Positions 27,218 through 42,078 of a stretch of DNA of 64,000 nucleotides are shown here, one piece after another. Each line of letters starts with the position of its first letter. Within the stretch, counting starts at the first letter, position 1. Below the pieces are notes generated by a model. The model searched no databases and was not told the origin of the DNA. It worked only from the letters and a program-made list of their open reading frames with translations. This DNA is from Syncephalis fuscata S228 (taxonomy: Eukaryota > Fungi > Zoopagomycota), in contig JAHLTZ010000063.1 in the NCBI GenBank assembly GCA_025786725.1, positions 5,575 to 69,574 of the forward strand. Reading direction: 5' to 3'. The position numbers and the translations under genes were made by a program.

Positions 27218-28366
27218 CGTTTCCACCTATAATAAATAGGGAAACCAACAATAGTTGCTACAATATAACTGCCAATCCTAAATCAATCTAGTATTAATTA
27301 TATAGAACAACTACATAATATAGTTAATATATTACCAATAATGCTATTCAAAGGCCAAAGGCTACCGCTAACTATTCTCTTATCTTCGTTGTCGTTGCAG
27401 TGGTTGTTATTGCAGTTGTTGCAGTGGTTGGTTGGTTATTGCTATTACTACTAATAGACGAATGAATCACTGCGTGTATTATGTCTTCAACAGTCGGGAT
27501 TTACTTTGATGATCAATTGGCAAATGCTAATATACAATCCTATAGGTGCGCCTGCGCTACAATAATCAAATGACTATTATTAGTCAAATAGTTGAGTAAA
27601 TTTGAGTATAGCGTGTCAAATCCATGTGGAAAAGGAGAAAAGGGGAACATACTATCTATGGCCATGGTGACAAGCAGTACTGACAAGACAACAAATGCCA
27701 TCAACAACAACAACAGTCCTGCCTATTGTTCTACCATTATTGTCACTATTACCACCATGATATACACCATATACGCCATAGAACATGAATAGTTATCACC
27801 AAACGAGTATTCACTATCAGGTGTGTCGTCATTCCGGTTTCTATAAGATGACTTACCACGCTAAAAAGTCCCGAAATGTCAATAACAAAAAAACACGAAG
27901 AGTCAACACGCTTCGATAGAGACAAAAGCAATACAGCCACAACACACTCAAGAATAAGGCCAAAGAAGGAGAGAGAAAAGCTTTAAGACTATGCTATTTA
28001 ACCGAAAACTCCGACTTTTGAAGATGTCAGGTCACTTGACCAATAAACGCCTTGTTGTTATCGCCTATGAATAAAGAAAAGTGCTGCTTCACCTGGTTGT
28101 AGGGTGTAGGTGTAGTAGTGGTAGTAGTAGAAACACTCGTCGTAGAACAAGTGGAAGAGGGCTAATAATAAAAATATACCCTTTGGTGTGTGTCTACTAG
28201 CACTACTACAAACCAAACGATAAATGTTTTTGGATAGAGATACACGGCCTATGCTGTATCAGGGAGAGCAGACACGTAAGGAAAGAAAAGGATGACAATG
28301 CAAACGTGAAGAAAATTGAATGCCAAAGTAATTGCGCTACAAGCAATAAACCAGTATGAATATTGC

Positions 28367-28397
<31 letters not shown>

Positions 28398-29276
28398 CTA
28401 TGAGTATGGTGGTGGTGGTAGTTGGTTATTGTTGTGGTGGTTGGTTATGTGAGGGTGATAAAAGAAAGAGAATGAAAATAGTGTAGAGGAAATGGATGAA
28501 TTTAATCATAAACTATTCACTGGTCATAACACCTTTGTAGATATAAATATCGATGATATCCTAACTACCCATACACCACTATGTTAAATAGTAACGTGTA
28601 TTAGATTGACTACGGTGTGGGTATACGTTTATAAAGTTGTTGTTTAACTATTACTGTATAGCTTGGAGGATAAAAGGAATGAGGAAGGCGAATGAGAAAG
28701 GCGAATAGAGAGGGGAAAGTATTCAAGACTAGAGTTGAAACAAAAAGACCAGCACTGTTATTTCTTTTCTATATAGTGATACGGATAATAAACTAGGATA
28801 GAACTGAAAGTGCCAAGTAAACCAGAGTATATAAAAGTAAAGAAAGCGGAGCATTGAATACGCTTTTGCTAAATGGTATCCGTGTTTTATCTATTAGTAC
28901 AATACTTGAAAACATTTTGTACCACAAACGTGCTAAAGTGTGGCATGGCAGAATTAGCCATTGCATAGACAACGATTGATCAATACAAGTATAAACAAAG
29001 AAGTACATCCACTCTTTACAATGATGTATCTACTGCATAATTATTTCTATTATGTCTAGGCTATAATTAAATTGACAGTATTTGTACTGCACATGAGTTG
29101 TTGGTGTAATGGTAATTGTAGTGGTGGTTGGCTAAGTGTGAGCTTGAATAAAGGAAAAAAGGGTTATAACTATACTTTACCATATAAAGTAATACCATTT
29201 ATTCTCACCATTAGTTGGCGGAGTTGTTGTGGTGGTTAAATAGAAAGCTTAAAATGATTGATTTATACTAATTAGA

Positions 29277-31088
29277 TCATGTGGATTGGGAAGCCCAACG
29301 AAAGTAATTACAGTTATATTCACTATTCGTATTGCTATTGGTGTTAGTGGGTCCAATGGGCCTAATTAAATATATTATAATTAATACATGTATTTAATAG
29401 TTTCATTAATGAAAAGTTACCGTGAACATGTCCAAAAATGTCTTCCTTGGTGTAGACCTTTTTTGCGCACAACTTTTCTTATGCACGGTTCGTTGTGTCC
29501 ACGGCAATTGGGTGGCACAGGGGGTTCAAACAGTTGTTGCCACACCTCTTTGTTGGCAGATGCAAGTGATGAGTTGACTTGATTTATAGTACTACTACCA
29601 CTACCACTATTACTAGTAGATGGATTATAAATATTATTAAGGGTTAATTCAGTGGATAACGCTTGTTTTTGCTTCTCGTAATCTCTCTCTTCCTTCTCTG
29701 ACGTATTCATTCGTTTAGATAGAAAGTTAAATTTATCTAACGTTGCCTGTTGTGGTTTCATCTTTTTAACGTGACTATTTTGTAGAGAGGATATTGCTAT
29801 GTTAGAGATGGGACGTTTTGTACTAGTCTTATGCTCCTTATTAACATTTGCTATTTCTATTGGTTGTGCTTGTGGTTTAGACAATTGGTTGAAATAGGCG
29901 GACAATGAGGTTTGTTTGCCCGTATACTCGGGGTAATAACGTGTACATAATGCTTGCCAATCATTACCAATAGTTGGTGTTGCAACAATCATGGGTCCTA
30001 ATAATGAGGAATCTAGTGTAATGGTAACGGGACAGTGATCTGATCCTTTTATTGATTGTAAAACATTACATTCTGTAACTGTTTTCATTAATCGAGGACT
30101 CATAAGTACATAGTCAATACGGGTGCCTATTCATATAAGTTGAGTGTATACTAATGGATATAGTCTTACCGAAATTAGAAGCACTAGTCGTAATAATAAA
30201 TAACTTTTAATAAATAGTTTTTATACAAAACAACTTACCGACTATTCAATCTTGTATTCCAACATGTATATAGTTTAGATGAATCATTAGGATAAAAGTG
30301 GCGCACTACATCCACTAATAAACCATTATCATCCTTATTAAACGATGTTAATCGATGTAGCCATTGTCGAAATGGTTCTTGCTCAAACGAACACGGTTCA
30401 CTATTTACTTTACTATACTCTTCTTCCCATCCAATGGGATCACAATGGTCTAATTTTGTAGGTGCAATATTCAAATCACCTACTAAACACACTTCTCTAT
30501 GTTTTATTCGTATCCAATAATGAACTATTTGTTCTAATTGATGACAAAATAACCTTTTAACAGATACACGTTCTGTATCCATCGCAAATGGTACATAAAC
30601 ATTTAATAGAATAAATGGACCTGTATCAATCATTATTAGCCGGCCTTCTTTTTCCATAACATCATAGAATTTATCATCATTGCTAAATGGCTGTATTTCT
30701 TTTTCTTTCTCTTTCTCCTTATTCTTATGGTCGTATATATATTGATATTTTGTTGATGCATATTGTACTTTTAAAGGTGCTGCATTATTGATAAATGTTG
30801 CTACACCTGAATAATTGATACGGTGGCGTGCATAGGCATAATAGGCATCATATTGCGGTACTATAGCTAGTTCCATGCTTAATTGTTCACGTTGCATTTT
30901 ATGTTCTTGAATACAGCAAATATCCGCCTTTAATACGTTTTCCAATAATTCCTAGTATTGTTTGCTATATTGACTATACATTGAATGTAGACTAAGTAAC
31001 TTACATGTAGTGTTGTATTTGTATCGCACCATGGTGTACGCTTGAATAAAGCACGTAGTCCATTGACATTCCAGGTCACTAACTTCAT
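29277..31088 (-). CDS. APN2: ExoIII-family AP endonuclease 2 with GRF zinc finger
   Basis: MKLVTWNVNGLR, CIQEHK, NYSGVATF, EGR, LVGDLNIAP, YTCWNTR, GTRIDY and GSDHCPV. PIP-like QTSLSAYF. GRF finger CRGHNEPC...GRHFWTCSRP...CNYFRW. Confidence 0.96.
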
Positions 31089-31273
31089 AAGTAGTCGTGT
31101 AGAAGAGGTAGAAGTAAAAAGTGTTTACTGTGTTAATAATAACGGTGTCGTAACTAATAAACAGGTCAATGACAATATTGTAATTAAAACATTTTATTAT
31201 TGTTATTATTGTTGTTGCTATTATTGTTTAACTACTTTTCCTGATTACACGTCGGTTGACCAACGATATAATC

Positions 31274-33310
31274 ATGGATACATCTGACGATATAGTCAAT
31301 GGTGCTTCGGATCCGATGCAGTCAGTGGAGACTGCACCACCAACGACTCATATGGCAACGATAGAAGAGCCGGCGACTGCAGATAATTCCGATCGTGAAT
31401 CCGATTCAGAAGATCCAACTGGTGAACACGATCGTCGACGCGGTCTGCCAACTGAAGAGCTCTTGCCACTTATTATCAAGTAAGCTCTAGTATTACTAAA
31501 GTGTACCCTCTAATCGATAGACTAGTCAGTTAGCCGAGATAGGCTATGGTAACTTGGCCATGGTCATTCAACAACATACGGAAACACCAGGCCCTGTGGA
31601 GCCAAGTAATCGATTGGCCGAGTTATGCTATACAGCCATGTATAGTGGAAATAACCGTGGATCTTCAGGTAAGATTAGTAACTATAGTAATTATAATAAT
31701 ATATAATAAATCTATTTATTTAGATGGATTACTTTTATTAAATCAAGAATCTACATTGAAAAGTACTAGTAATACACTTGATACTACATCAAAGGATGCA
31801 TTGGGTACATCAAGTACTGACAATACTACAGAGACTACCATCACCACGACAACTACAAATGATGATGGCGCATCATCTACTGAACCAATACCGACACCTG
31901 ATATACAAATTACTGGTGAACATCTTGATTTAGATGCACCCATTGAAGAAAAGACACGTAGTACACCGGTGTTTGTTCTTTATTACAAGACAACGCATAA
32001 AGGTGAAGCAAAGTGTTCCGCATTTAGTTCAGATGGACAATTGGCCTCAACAGGCTCGACAGATTCTTCAGTTAAACTTATTAATGTCGATAAGATGCGT
32101 AGACATAATGATGCTGACCGACCTGTTATAAGAACCTTTTATGACCATGCTGGCGTAAGTATATATATATACTATATTATATTATGTTATATAGAAATAT
32201 AATTTATAATATTAATAATAACAATAATAACAATAATGCTTATTTATTTTATTAGCCGGTTAATGATGTAGCATTCCATCCTAATGGCATGGTACTTGCT
32301 TCATGTTCTGATGATCGATTTATCAAATTATACGATTTAACAAGATCAGGCAGTAAACGTGGTTTCCGTTCATTACACGATGCCTATCCAGTAAATAGTA
32401 TTGCCTTTCATCCATCGGGTGACTTTTTAGCAGCAGCCACTCAAGATACACTATTAAGAATACATGATTTACATCGTGGCAATTGCTATATTGTTAATAA
32501 GAATAGTTCAGATCAACATCAAGGTGCATTGCAACAAGTAAGTTAACAACGATCTACTTATTAGTTGATTAACTGCTGGTTGGTTGGTTATAGGTTACGT
32601 ATAGTGGGTCAGGTCGCTGGTTAGTAACTGGATCGGCCGATGGCGATGTACGTGTATGGGATGCCGTGTCTGGACGATCTGTTCGGGTTATCGCCGGTGC
32701 ACATACAGGTCGTATGGTAACCAGTGTTAGAATTACCAAGAATGAAAAGTATATATTAACCAGTGGATGTGATTCCATGGTACGTTTATGGGATCTATCC
32801 AGTGGTAAGTAGTCTATCAACTATATAACTGATGGTGTTTATATTAATCTATTTGTATAGGTCGTATGATATTAACGTATGAAGGAGCCACTCATACGGT
32901 AAATACCACTATTATATATATATATCTGTAATATAGCATATTAATATTATTTATTTAATAGGAACAAATAACACGCGCCACTATGAATTATTCAGAAGAT
33001 CTTGTACTTGCTAGTGATGAAATTACCGGTGAAGTAGTTATCTGGGATGCCCGAACCGCTGCACCATTACAACGATGGCGCGGTAAGTACATAACTGTAC
33101 TAATTAGATGTACAATTATTAACAACTTTTTAATTAGCGGCCGATAATCTTATTCGCAGTGTTAATTCAGCCCCTGATGATAATGCGTTTATTACTTGCA
33201 GGCAAGTATAGAATACAAAAAATAACCACATAATGTATTTACGTTTAACTAGTGACGACTTCCGAGTAAGATACTATGCACCCGCCACACATACCGGATA
33301 TGCCATGTAA
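31274..33310 (+). CDS. CSTF1: Cleavage stimulation factor 50-kDa subunit (WD40)
   Basis: N-terminal dimerisation motif LLPLIISQL...PSNRLAEL, YKTTHKG..CSAFSSDG, RPVIRTFYDH and C-terminal FITCSDDFRVRYY. Confidence 0.92.
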
Positions 33311-33396
33311 TCAATCGATTGTTCATCATCATAAAGTGATTTTAATAAGTGAAGAAAAACGCATTGATGTCTTCTGTGTTACGCACAAATACGCAC

Positions 33397-33432
33397 AACA
33401 AACAAACAAACAAACAAACAAACAAACAAACA
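33397..33432. repeat. (AAAC)n microsatellite
   Basis: About 8-9 tandem CAAA units. Confidence 0.9.
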
Positions 33433-33518
33433 GATAGGCACAAAAGGAAATAAAGGACAAATAAGATAATATAAAGCAAATTATCATTTAAAAAAGAAAT
33501 AGATAGATTACTTGTCAC

Positions 33519-36388
33519 TTATGTAATGTGTTGTTGCAGTAAATGGGATGGCACAGTTGTCACTTCACTTGTTATTGTTGTTAGTGTAGAAAGTGGCAAT
33601 ACTGGCTGTTGTTGTTGTTGTACTTTTTGTGCTAATAGTGGAGGTGAAAGAGGAGAGGGAGGAGAAGAGAAAATGGTACTAGTTGCAGTAGCTGTAGTAG
33701 TAGTAGTAGTAGTAGCTGTAGTTATGGTTGTTGGTGTTGTTACTACTTTGGGTGGTATTGGTGTTTCTTTACTATGTCCACTGCCATAACCTTCATCTTC
33801 TGTTGGTATAGCAATTACCTTTTCAGCTCTTAAATCACGCCAAATAGCTGCTAGATCACGCCGATTGGATGGTGAACTGGATAGAGCTGTTGTTGTTGTA
33901 TTGGCAGAAGTAGTTAAAGAGTGATCCGATACATCTTGAACAGTTGTACTACTAGTTATAGCGTATTGGTTGTTAAAACAGAAGATATTGATGGTGCTGT
34001 TGTTGTTATTGTTGATTGTGGTGTATTAACAATGCAAGATGGTGTAGTAGTAGTAGCAATAGTAGTAAATGTATTAGTGTTAGTATCTATTATGCTATTT
34101 TTTATTAATGCATTACTAATCATACTATTACTAATACTATGGTCACTACTATTGTTACTATTACTGTTATTTAATAAAACTGTATCATCAAGAGGCGGTG
34201 TTGTAGCAGTGGCTGATAAACATTGAACATCTTCTCGAGTCATAGGTGGTTCAGGTGAGGCCACTTTCCATAGACTGTTGCTTGTTGGTGTTTTAGCACT
34301 TGTACTTGTACTTGTACTTGTACTCGTCTCTACTTGTTCATCTTCATCTGGTTCACGGTCAAGACAAAATGAACTTAGTGATATTGGCTTTTCTTCACGA
34401 CGTCGTCGAAGCATATCGATACTCATTCGTTTACGTGAATGATTAGGCAGTCCTTGATGGCGTCGTTGTTGAATGTCGGCCAGTTCACGGGCAATAGTTA
34501 CTTCAAGTCTACGCACCTTATCACGTAGATCGTCGTTAAGAAGTGCCGCTTCACGAAGACGATCTTCTTGAAAACGAACAATTTCCCGTAAAGCATGGGC
34601 TGTATTACGAGCATGTCCCAATTCTCGTTCCAACATTAAATTCTGTTGAGCAAGATATTGAGATCGAACACGAGCAAATCCATTTGAAGGGGCCCATGTA
34701 GACTCCATATCATCACTTGACATGTCCTCGTCTAATTGTCGAATAGATCTTGGTGAGTGTAATACAGCTTCTTCTTGAGACGACATATCATTGGTCGTTA
34801 ATAGTTCGTCTGCTGTTTCAATGTCATCTTGTTCTTTTAATAACAATAAAGATGGTGTTGTTGTTGTTTCCACCATTTCATCATCATTGTTATTGTTATT
34901 AATAATCACTGATAATGGTTTACGAATAAGATGGCAATCATCGGTATCTACTTCTAAATTGCTATTCTCTTCTTCTTCTTCTTCTTCTTCGTTATTATTA
35001 TTATCGCTAATAAATAAACCATTTTCTTCTTTTAAATGTTCATCTTCTTCATTATCGTCATCTTGTTTATCTTCATTGTCAGATGGCCATTCATGCACAA
35101 AGTTATGTTGCTGTTTTGTTGTCTTTAAAATATTACCCAATGAATTGGTACGATGACCAGCACTTCCTGCATTAATCAAGCTAGGTAATTCGGGCACATC
35201 ATCATCTAATTCGGCTTCAATAATAGAATTGTCGTCATATTCAATGGAATCTTCTTCGTAATAATACAAATGCTCTTCATCTTCATAATCTTCCTCGTCT
35301 TCTTCATCATCATAATCGTCGTTGTCGCCTTCACAGCCACTGGCACACATTTCATTTTCATGTAGTTCCGAGTGCAGTAGATCATTTTGAGTGAGCTCTA
35401 AACGACTGGCGTTAATTGTGCTACACTCAATGTCATTAGTATTCGCTTGGGCAGCGCAGAATGAAATGGCCGAGTCAGGTGGAGGTGTTGATGGATTATC
35501 GTTTAACGATAGTGTCAATAGCTCTTTAGTTAACTTTAATGGATCCATAGTATTAGTAATAGAAGATGGTTCAGTTAAAGAACGAGAATTGATAGAAAGT
35601 TCTTTGGCAAGTGGATGTGACAAATGATGCGGCAATAATTGATCTGTCTTTGTTGTAGCGTTATTGTGTTTCTGCTTGTCTTCGTCATCACTACCATTGT
35701 ACTCTTCTTCTATCACTCTTTCCACAGAATTGGTACGTTCTAGTAAATGACCAATACGTAAGGGAGAACATGGTCGATTGGTGGTTGAATCACTAATACG
35801 AGCATAGACAATTGAAGTGTCTTTTCGTCGTACATATGATTCACGATGGCTAGTCGTCGTGGTTCCACTAGAACCATTGGTCAAAGCGTGACCAAGTCCA
35901 AGGGCGTCCATGCCTTCAAGTTCATCAACAAGAATAGGTTCCATAGCTGGTGACATGATAGGCGACAGAACAGGTGATAATATGCTATTAGCCGTAGGTG
36001 TACCAGGTCGACTGCGACGATCTTCTGTGTCGCTTGATGCCGTGGTAGACGATGTGAACGAGTAGTCACTTTGAGCATTATCACGAAAAGTCGATCCATT
36101 GCCGCTTAGCAAGTCAAGTGCATTACGATTCTTTCTACGCTTCTTTCTACGCTTACGCCGGGCCTGTTGGCTAGGCATTGGGCGGTCCGGTACGGAAGAT
36201 GTACTGCCTGACAGCAAGTTAGATAACGACGACATAAGCGACTCTGGTCGAGGTGGCCGTATCAACTCTGCCTGTTGTTGCCACGTATCTGGATTTACAG
36301 CCGTAACGGCAACTGTAGGTTGGGTATTCACCATAACCGCTATTGATAGGCCTATATATCCGCCTTTATGCATAACAAATTGTGGCAT
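33519..36388 (-). CDS. Large intrinsically disordered protein with NLS-like basic tract, acidic tracts and a coiled coil; function unknown
   Basis: 810-aa ORF. An open Thr/Ser/Pro-rich frame continues past an apparent 1-nt indel at about 33962 to TAA at 33519. Confidence 0.75.
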
Positions 36389-38570
36389 GATTAGTTAAAT
36401 AGATGCATTGATTTGTTTGTAAGTAGCTATTAATAAGAAGACTTGAATAGCTAGAGAGTGTAATAAAATAAAAGCTGGATAGTAGTAGCGCAATGAGTGT
36501 ATTCAAGTCAAGTAATAAACAAAAAAGTGACTAGCTTAACTCTTGGCAGAGTTACAAGAAAGGTATCGATAATTAAAAGGATAGATATGAGAGAGTAGCG
36601 TTGAAACAGATGCGTATTGGTTACAAAGAAGCCGGCAACTGAGAAGACATCAATAGGAGCGGAATTTTGCTTCGGAGTTTACATAAATAATATCGGAGAC
36701 TTACCGTTTCAATGGATTGAGAAAGAAAACAAACGCACTGTATGCTACAGTTGCGCGACTTGTATAGATGTGTGCGTGTATGTATGTATGTGCGTGTGTG
36801 CGTACGTGTGTATGCGTATTGGCACTATAGCAATAGCGTGACCTTGATAGGCAATGTAGTTAGTAATTGTATAATATAGTTGATAGATGACTGCGTGCTA
36901 TCGTGATTGTGTATTCAAAATTGTATGGTGCGGAGTAAAGTGAAGAAGTAGAGGAGAAAGAGAGAAAGAGAGAAGTGTGCATACACGTGTATGTGCGTAG
37001 TGTATCAAAATCGCCCTTCTATAATCAAGCTATAGTATAGAAGCTGTTACTATGTATAGATATGCAGCAACAACAATAAAAACAACAATAAAAACAGTAA
37101 AAACAAACTAGTGTAAACAGCTTAAGATGACCATATACAAGAGTGGAAATGGACGTGTAACAACTGTCGTCAATCAATCTCGCCCTCTATTAATACTATA
37201 GCCACGACTATGAACAGAATAATCTAGCATCATTGTAATGTGGTCACTTGATAAAGGCACGTGATTATAATGAGTTACTCGATCCATCTATAGATGCATA
37301 TAACTACATATTTTGATCTAGCTTATAGATTCATGTATCTAACATATCAATTCATATGACCCACTCCTACTACTATCATTATTATTACACTAGCACTAAT
37401 AAGTAGTATCTATTTCTCTTTTTACCACGCATTTATAAGTAGAGCACTTACTGAGTTGAGTTGAGTTATGGCTTAAAATGAAAAAGAAAGTGTCGCAACT
37501 CAGATACTAGGAGAGGAAATAACAACAAATACTCGTCTTTGTGGAATCACTTTTACGGCAATACAATGACGACGACGACGACGACGACGATAATGCAACA
37601 ATAACCGGAGATAACACTCGTTTTATAGACGATCTGTAGTTTTTAATAGACAGTCAATGAATACACGCATACATAAGTGCGTATATATATATGTGTGTGT
37701 GTATATTTAAGTATGTATATATGCACGCATATACACATTCATATATATATATATATATATATACGTATATTTACTATGACGCTATTTCTCGTCGTGTAGT
37801 TATCCGTGTAAGCAAAAGAGTCAAAAAGCAAGAAAAAGCAAAGAATGAACGTAACAAAGTAAAAGTGGAAGAAGAAGGAGTAGTAGGAGGTAAAGCGACA
37901 ATGCCAACTATGCGTAGTGCGGTAGTGGTGCAAAGAGAAAGAAACAAGAGAGGAAGAGAGAGGAAAAGAAGAAAGAAATACGAGCATTCAAAAAGAAAGA
38001 AGAGAAGTGAGCAAATGTGACCGGCGATACAAAACACCGCCTACACACAAATACAAACCATTTACGTATATTTACGTATCTATTCATAATCCATTTACGA
38101 ACTATACCAACACTACTGTATCATAAACTAATCCTTATTAGTCATACAGCTATGATAATAATCATCGTCATTTCTTATTTAAGGGGTTAATACTTCTATT
38201 GTATATGTAGGTGATCATAGGCGTACTACATCTATTCATCTATCCATTATAATGAACACTGCAGATCAAGGATACCAAATAATAAATATATATAATTATA
38301 TAACTTGGCACTTAATTAGCACATAATACATAAATACATTAATTATTAGTAGAATTACTAAAGTTATTAACACTATTCTATCTAGCCTAGTCTAGTCTAC
38401 TGCTTTAATTCATGTTTTTTATTTCTCTTATGATTTGTCATAATAATAATAATAAACCATAACAATGATGTCATTTCTCTATGGCTTGTCCTTTTGTCGA
38501 TACTTGTACACTCGAGAGTAGACATGCGTAGTAATACGACAAATAAACTAGCCAGTAAACATCATAATTA

Positions 38571-41500
38571 TTAAGATGATGCTGTGGCAGTAATTTCTAC
38601 TGATGCTGCTTTTTCAGCACTGGCAACAGCCGGCGCCGCTTTTCCAGCCGGTGCTCCTCCACGTTTAGCTTTCGTCTTTTTGGCCGCAGTTGATTCGGCG
38701 CTTGATCCACTACCGCCACCATATTTGACCTTCCAGGCTACTTCTTGTTTCGGTTCAATGCGTTGGAATAGATATTCGGTTCACCAATACGATGACCCGG
38801 CAATAGATCCATCGTCCATTGATCGGCCAATTGACGGGGTGGTGCATTCAATTGGCGCCAAATAGCCTCACTCGTCGATGGCATAAAGGGGAAGAAGAGG
38901 GAAGCAAGCAAATAGACTAAATTGGCCGCTACACCCACTACTGTATCACATCGTGTACGTTGATCGGCATACAATGCATTATCTAAGCGCTGGTCTTGCA
39001 AGTATTGATTGCCACGGGCTGACACTTCCATAGCAATACGAAGAGCGGCACGAATCTTTACTTGTTTCAATGCATCGATATACTGGCCTACAAGCGCTTG
39101 AATATCCGCCACCATCTTTTCTTGCTCAACATCCGACTCAATAGAAATGGCTGGCAATACTGAATTATACTTGGGCGAGTCCAAGAATCGAATAACTCTG
39201 TTACAGAAATTACCAACATTGGCCAATAGTTCATTATTATTCTTGGCAATCATTTCTTTCCACGTAAAGATACTGTCATTTGTTTCAGGTCGTGAGCTGA
39301 GTAGATAATAACGCCATACAGAAGGTGGCACACCCGTCTCTTGAGCATTATCGCCAAATACACCAATATTACGACTCTTGGAAAACTTTGTATCCTCATA
39401 ATTCAAGTATTCTATCCTATAATTAGATATATATATAGCATTTATATCAACTAACCTGTAGTACTTAGATGATGTAATAGAGTCCATGGATCATTAGTAC
39501 CCATTAAACATGAAGGGAATATAACTGTATGGAATGGCACATTGTCCTTGCCCATGAATTGATACAATTTAACTTCATCTGGATTCTTCCACCACTTCTC
39601 CCAATCAGGTGTGTAGTTGGCCGTAATAGATGGATAGCCAATAGGAGCATCATACCACACATAGAACACTTTATCTTCCATACCCTCATATGGAACAGGT
39701 GTGCCCCATTTAAGATCACGGGTAATACAACGTGGCTTTAAACCTTCATTTAACCAGGATGCGGTAATAGTGCGACCATTGGATGTCCAATTACCTATTG
39801 TTTAATAAATGATATAATAAGTTATAATAGCCATATATTTATATTTATATTTATATTTATATATACCTTTGATACTTGATTCTTTAAAAAAGGCTTCACA
39901 AGCAGGTTGTAATTTTGGTAAATCAACAAATATATGTTTTGAATCACGAGTCACTGGTGCATTGCCATCAAGTTTGCATCGTGGCTTGATTAGTTCATGA
40001 GCATTTAATAGCTGACCACATCCATCACATTGATCACCACGGGCATCCTATAACAAACATTCAATTATATAAGATACTATAAATACACATTACTGCTATA
40101 CTTACATCATAGCCACACTTGGGACAGGTGCCTTCAACATATCGATCAGCCAAAAAGCTATAATAGAATAAAATAGAATACAATTAATTAATATGTACTA
40201 ATAGATTATACGAATATTGACTTACCGATGACATTGTTCACAGTACAACTGTGTCATGCTTTCAATCAATGTATATTCATTCTTAACTAATCCTTTAAAA
40301 ATATCTTGGGCAATACTATATATGTATATATGCTAATTAGTTATTTCTATTGTATATAGCTACTTTTAACTTGCACTGTTTGTTGTGGTGTTGTTGTACG
40401 GCCAAAGTAGTCAAAATCAATTTCAAACCATTTATAGACATCACTATGTAGTTTATGGAATTTATCACATAGTTCTTGACAGGTAACGCCTTCTTCAAGT
40501 GCCTTTGTTTCAGTGGCTGTACCATACTCATCTGTGCCACAGATATACAATGAATTGATACCACGAATACGGCAGAATCTATAATGTCAGCGATTAGAAC
40601 GATTAATAATTATAGCGTTACTATGAATAATCAATACATACCGAGAATAGACATCAGCACTAAGAACAGCACCAATAATATTGCCCAAATGTGGAACATT
40701 ATTGACGTATGGAAGAGCACTAGTAATAAGAACATTTTCTTGACCAGGAATTGGCAGTCTAAATTAATTAATTAATAATATTATAAAATATTTAATAGCA
40801 ACTTACTTGATTTGATCGTGGCTCAATGAAATGCTGTAATTAGTATTAATTTTACGATGAGATTCATTGGCTATAATCTTTGGTGGTGCTACGTTAACCT
40901 ATAGATATGATTGTATACACGTATATATATATATTAATATCTTTATTAGTAATAATTGATATACTATTTACCTTGGCAGTTAATGTTTCAATTGCTTTTG
41001 CAATAGTTGGTAACTGGCTTAATTGAGCAATTCTCTTGGATAGAATAGGATATGTATCGCGCACATCACTATCAACAGCAGACCACCATGGATAGAAGCG
41101 AGCAAATAGAATAACATCAACAGCTCTCAATGTACCATTCTATCACCATGTTAATCATTATGTATTAATTCATGTTCATTATATTAATTACCTCTGTATT
41201 CTGTCCAAGTGATTCAACAAAGGTGGATGCCTTGTTTAATTCATCAGATGAGAAAGTAGGTGGATTATGATACGGCAATGTCTCCTCCCATTCAATCATT
41301 TCATTGTGTGTCAATTCACCGGTGGCTGATTGACCCAAAAAAAATCTAATTATTACAATTAATATAAATTACTTTATACAAATGATATAATTACCGAACA
41401 GCTGCATTAGGTACAAAGAATGGATGTGCTACACCATTCACGTGTAATAGAGGTACTTTGCCATCTATATTAAATAACAGATTAGATTGATCATATTACT

Positions 41501-41666
41501 TTTAATTATATTTACACTTACTGTTCTCGTCAATCGTAATATTGGCATTGCTAACAATAGTAGCTATAAAAAACTTTAATTGAGCAATGTGGGCCGGTGA
41601 ATTGTAGACAGCCGGTACTGTCGTAAGGATCGACGAAATAGACGACGATGGTGCGGCAGTAGCCAT
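38571..41666 (-). CDS. MES1: Cytosolic methionyl-tRNA synthetase with N-terminal extension
   Basis: [62 protein letters not shown] and KFSKSR. Apparent 1-nt deletion at about 38779 before EYLFQRIE...SS*. Confidence 0.97.
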
Positions 41667-42078
41667 AGATCTTGCTGTTTTATTGTAGTTTCGTGCACGT
41701 TATATATATATATATATATATCAATATACGTTGCTATAAAATAGACACAAGCCTAGTTGGTTAATGCGTCGGTTGGTTGGTTGGTTAACTAGAATCAATG
41801 CCAATAGCAAAAAAACGAGAGAGTGAGAGAGATAAGAGGAAGAGAAAACGTCAAAGGCTCGAGAACGAGAACTAGTGTAGCGGTGTTTAATTAACTATAA
41901 CTAACTAATTATTACACATTTTTTATTTATAATAAAAAGTGGGCACATCACTCAATGTCAGCGTGGCGTCATTTTTTCTTTAGATGTCACGTTGATCGAT
42001 CTACTATATCTGTCTTTTTTATCAGCTAGTTTATTAGTGAATACTATTATTATTATTATTAAGTAGTATTGATACAAT

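Noticed and set aside
37691-38037. ORFs over TA/purine-rich tracts (also 1338-1529, 5200-5507, 7526-7819, 48067-48375, 57938-58453, 62671-63150)
   Set aside because: Low-complexity intergenic or antisense translations with no motif or splice support.
38760-38790. Programmed ribosomal frameshift in MetRS and the other broken genes
   Set aside because: No shared slippery motif or structure. Indels are scattered over unrelated genes, which fits consensus error.
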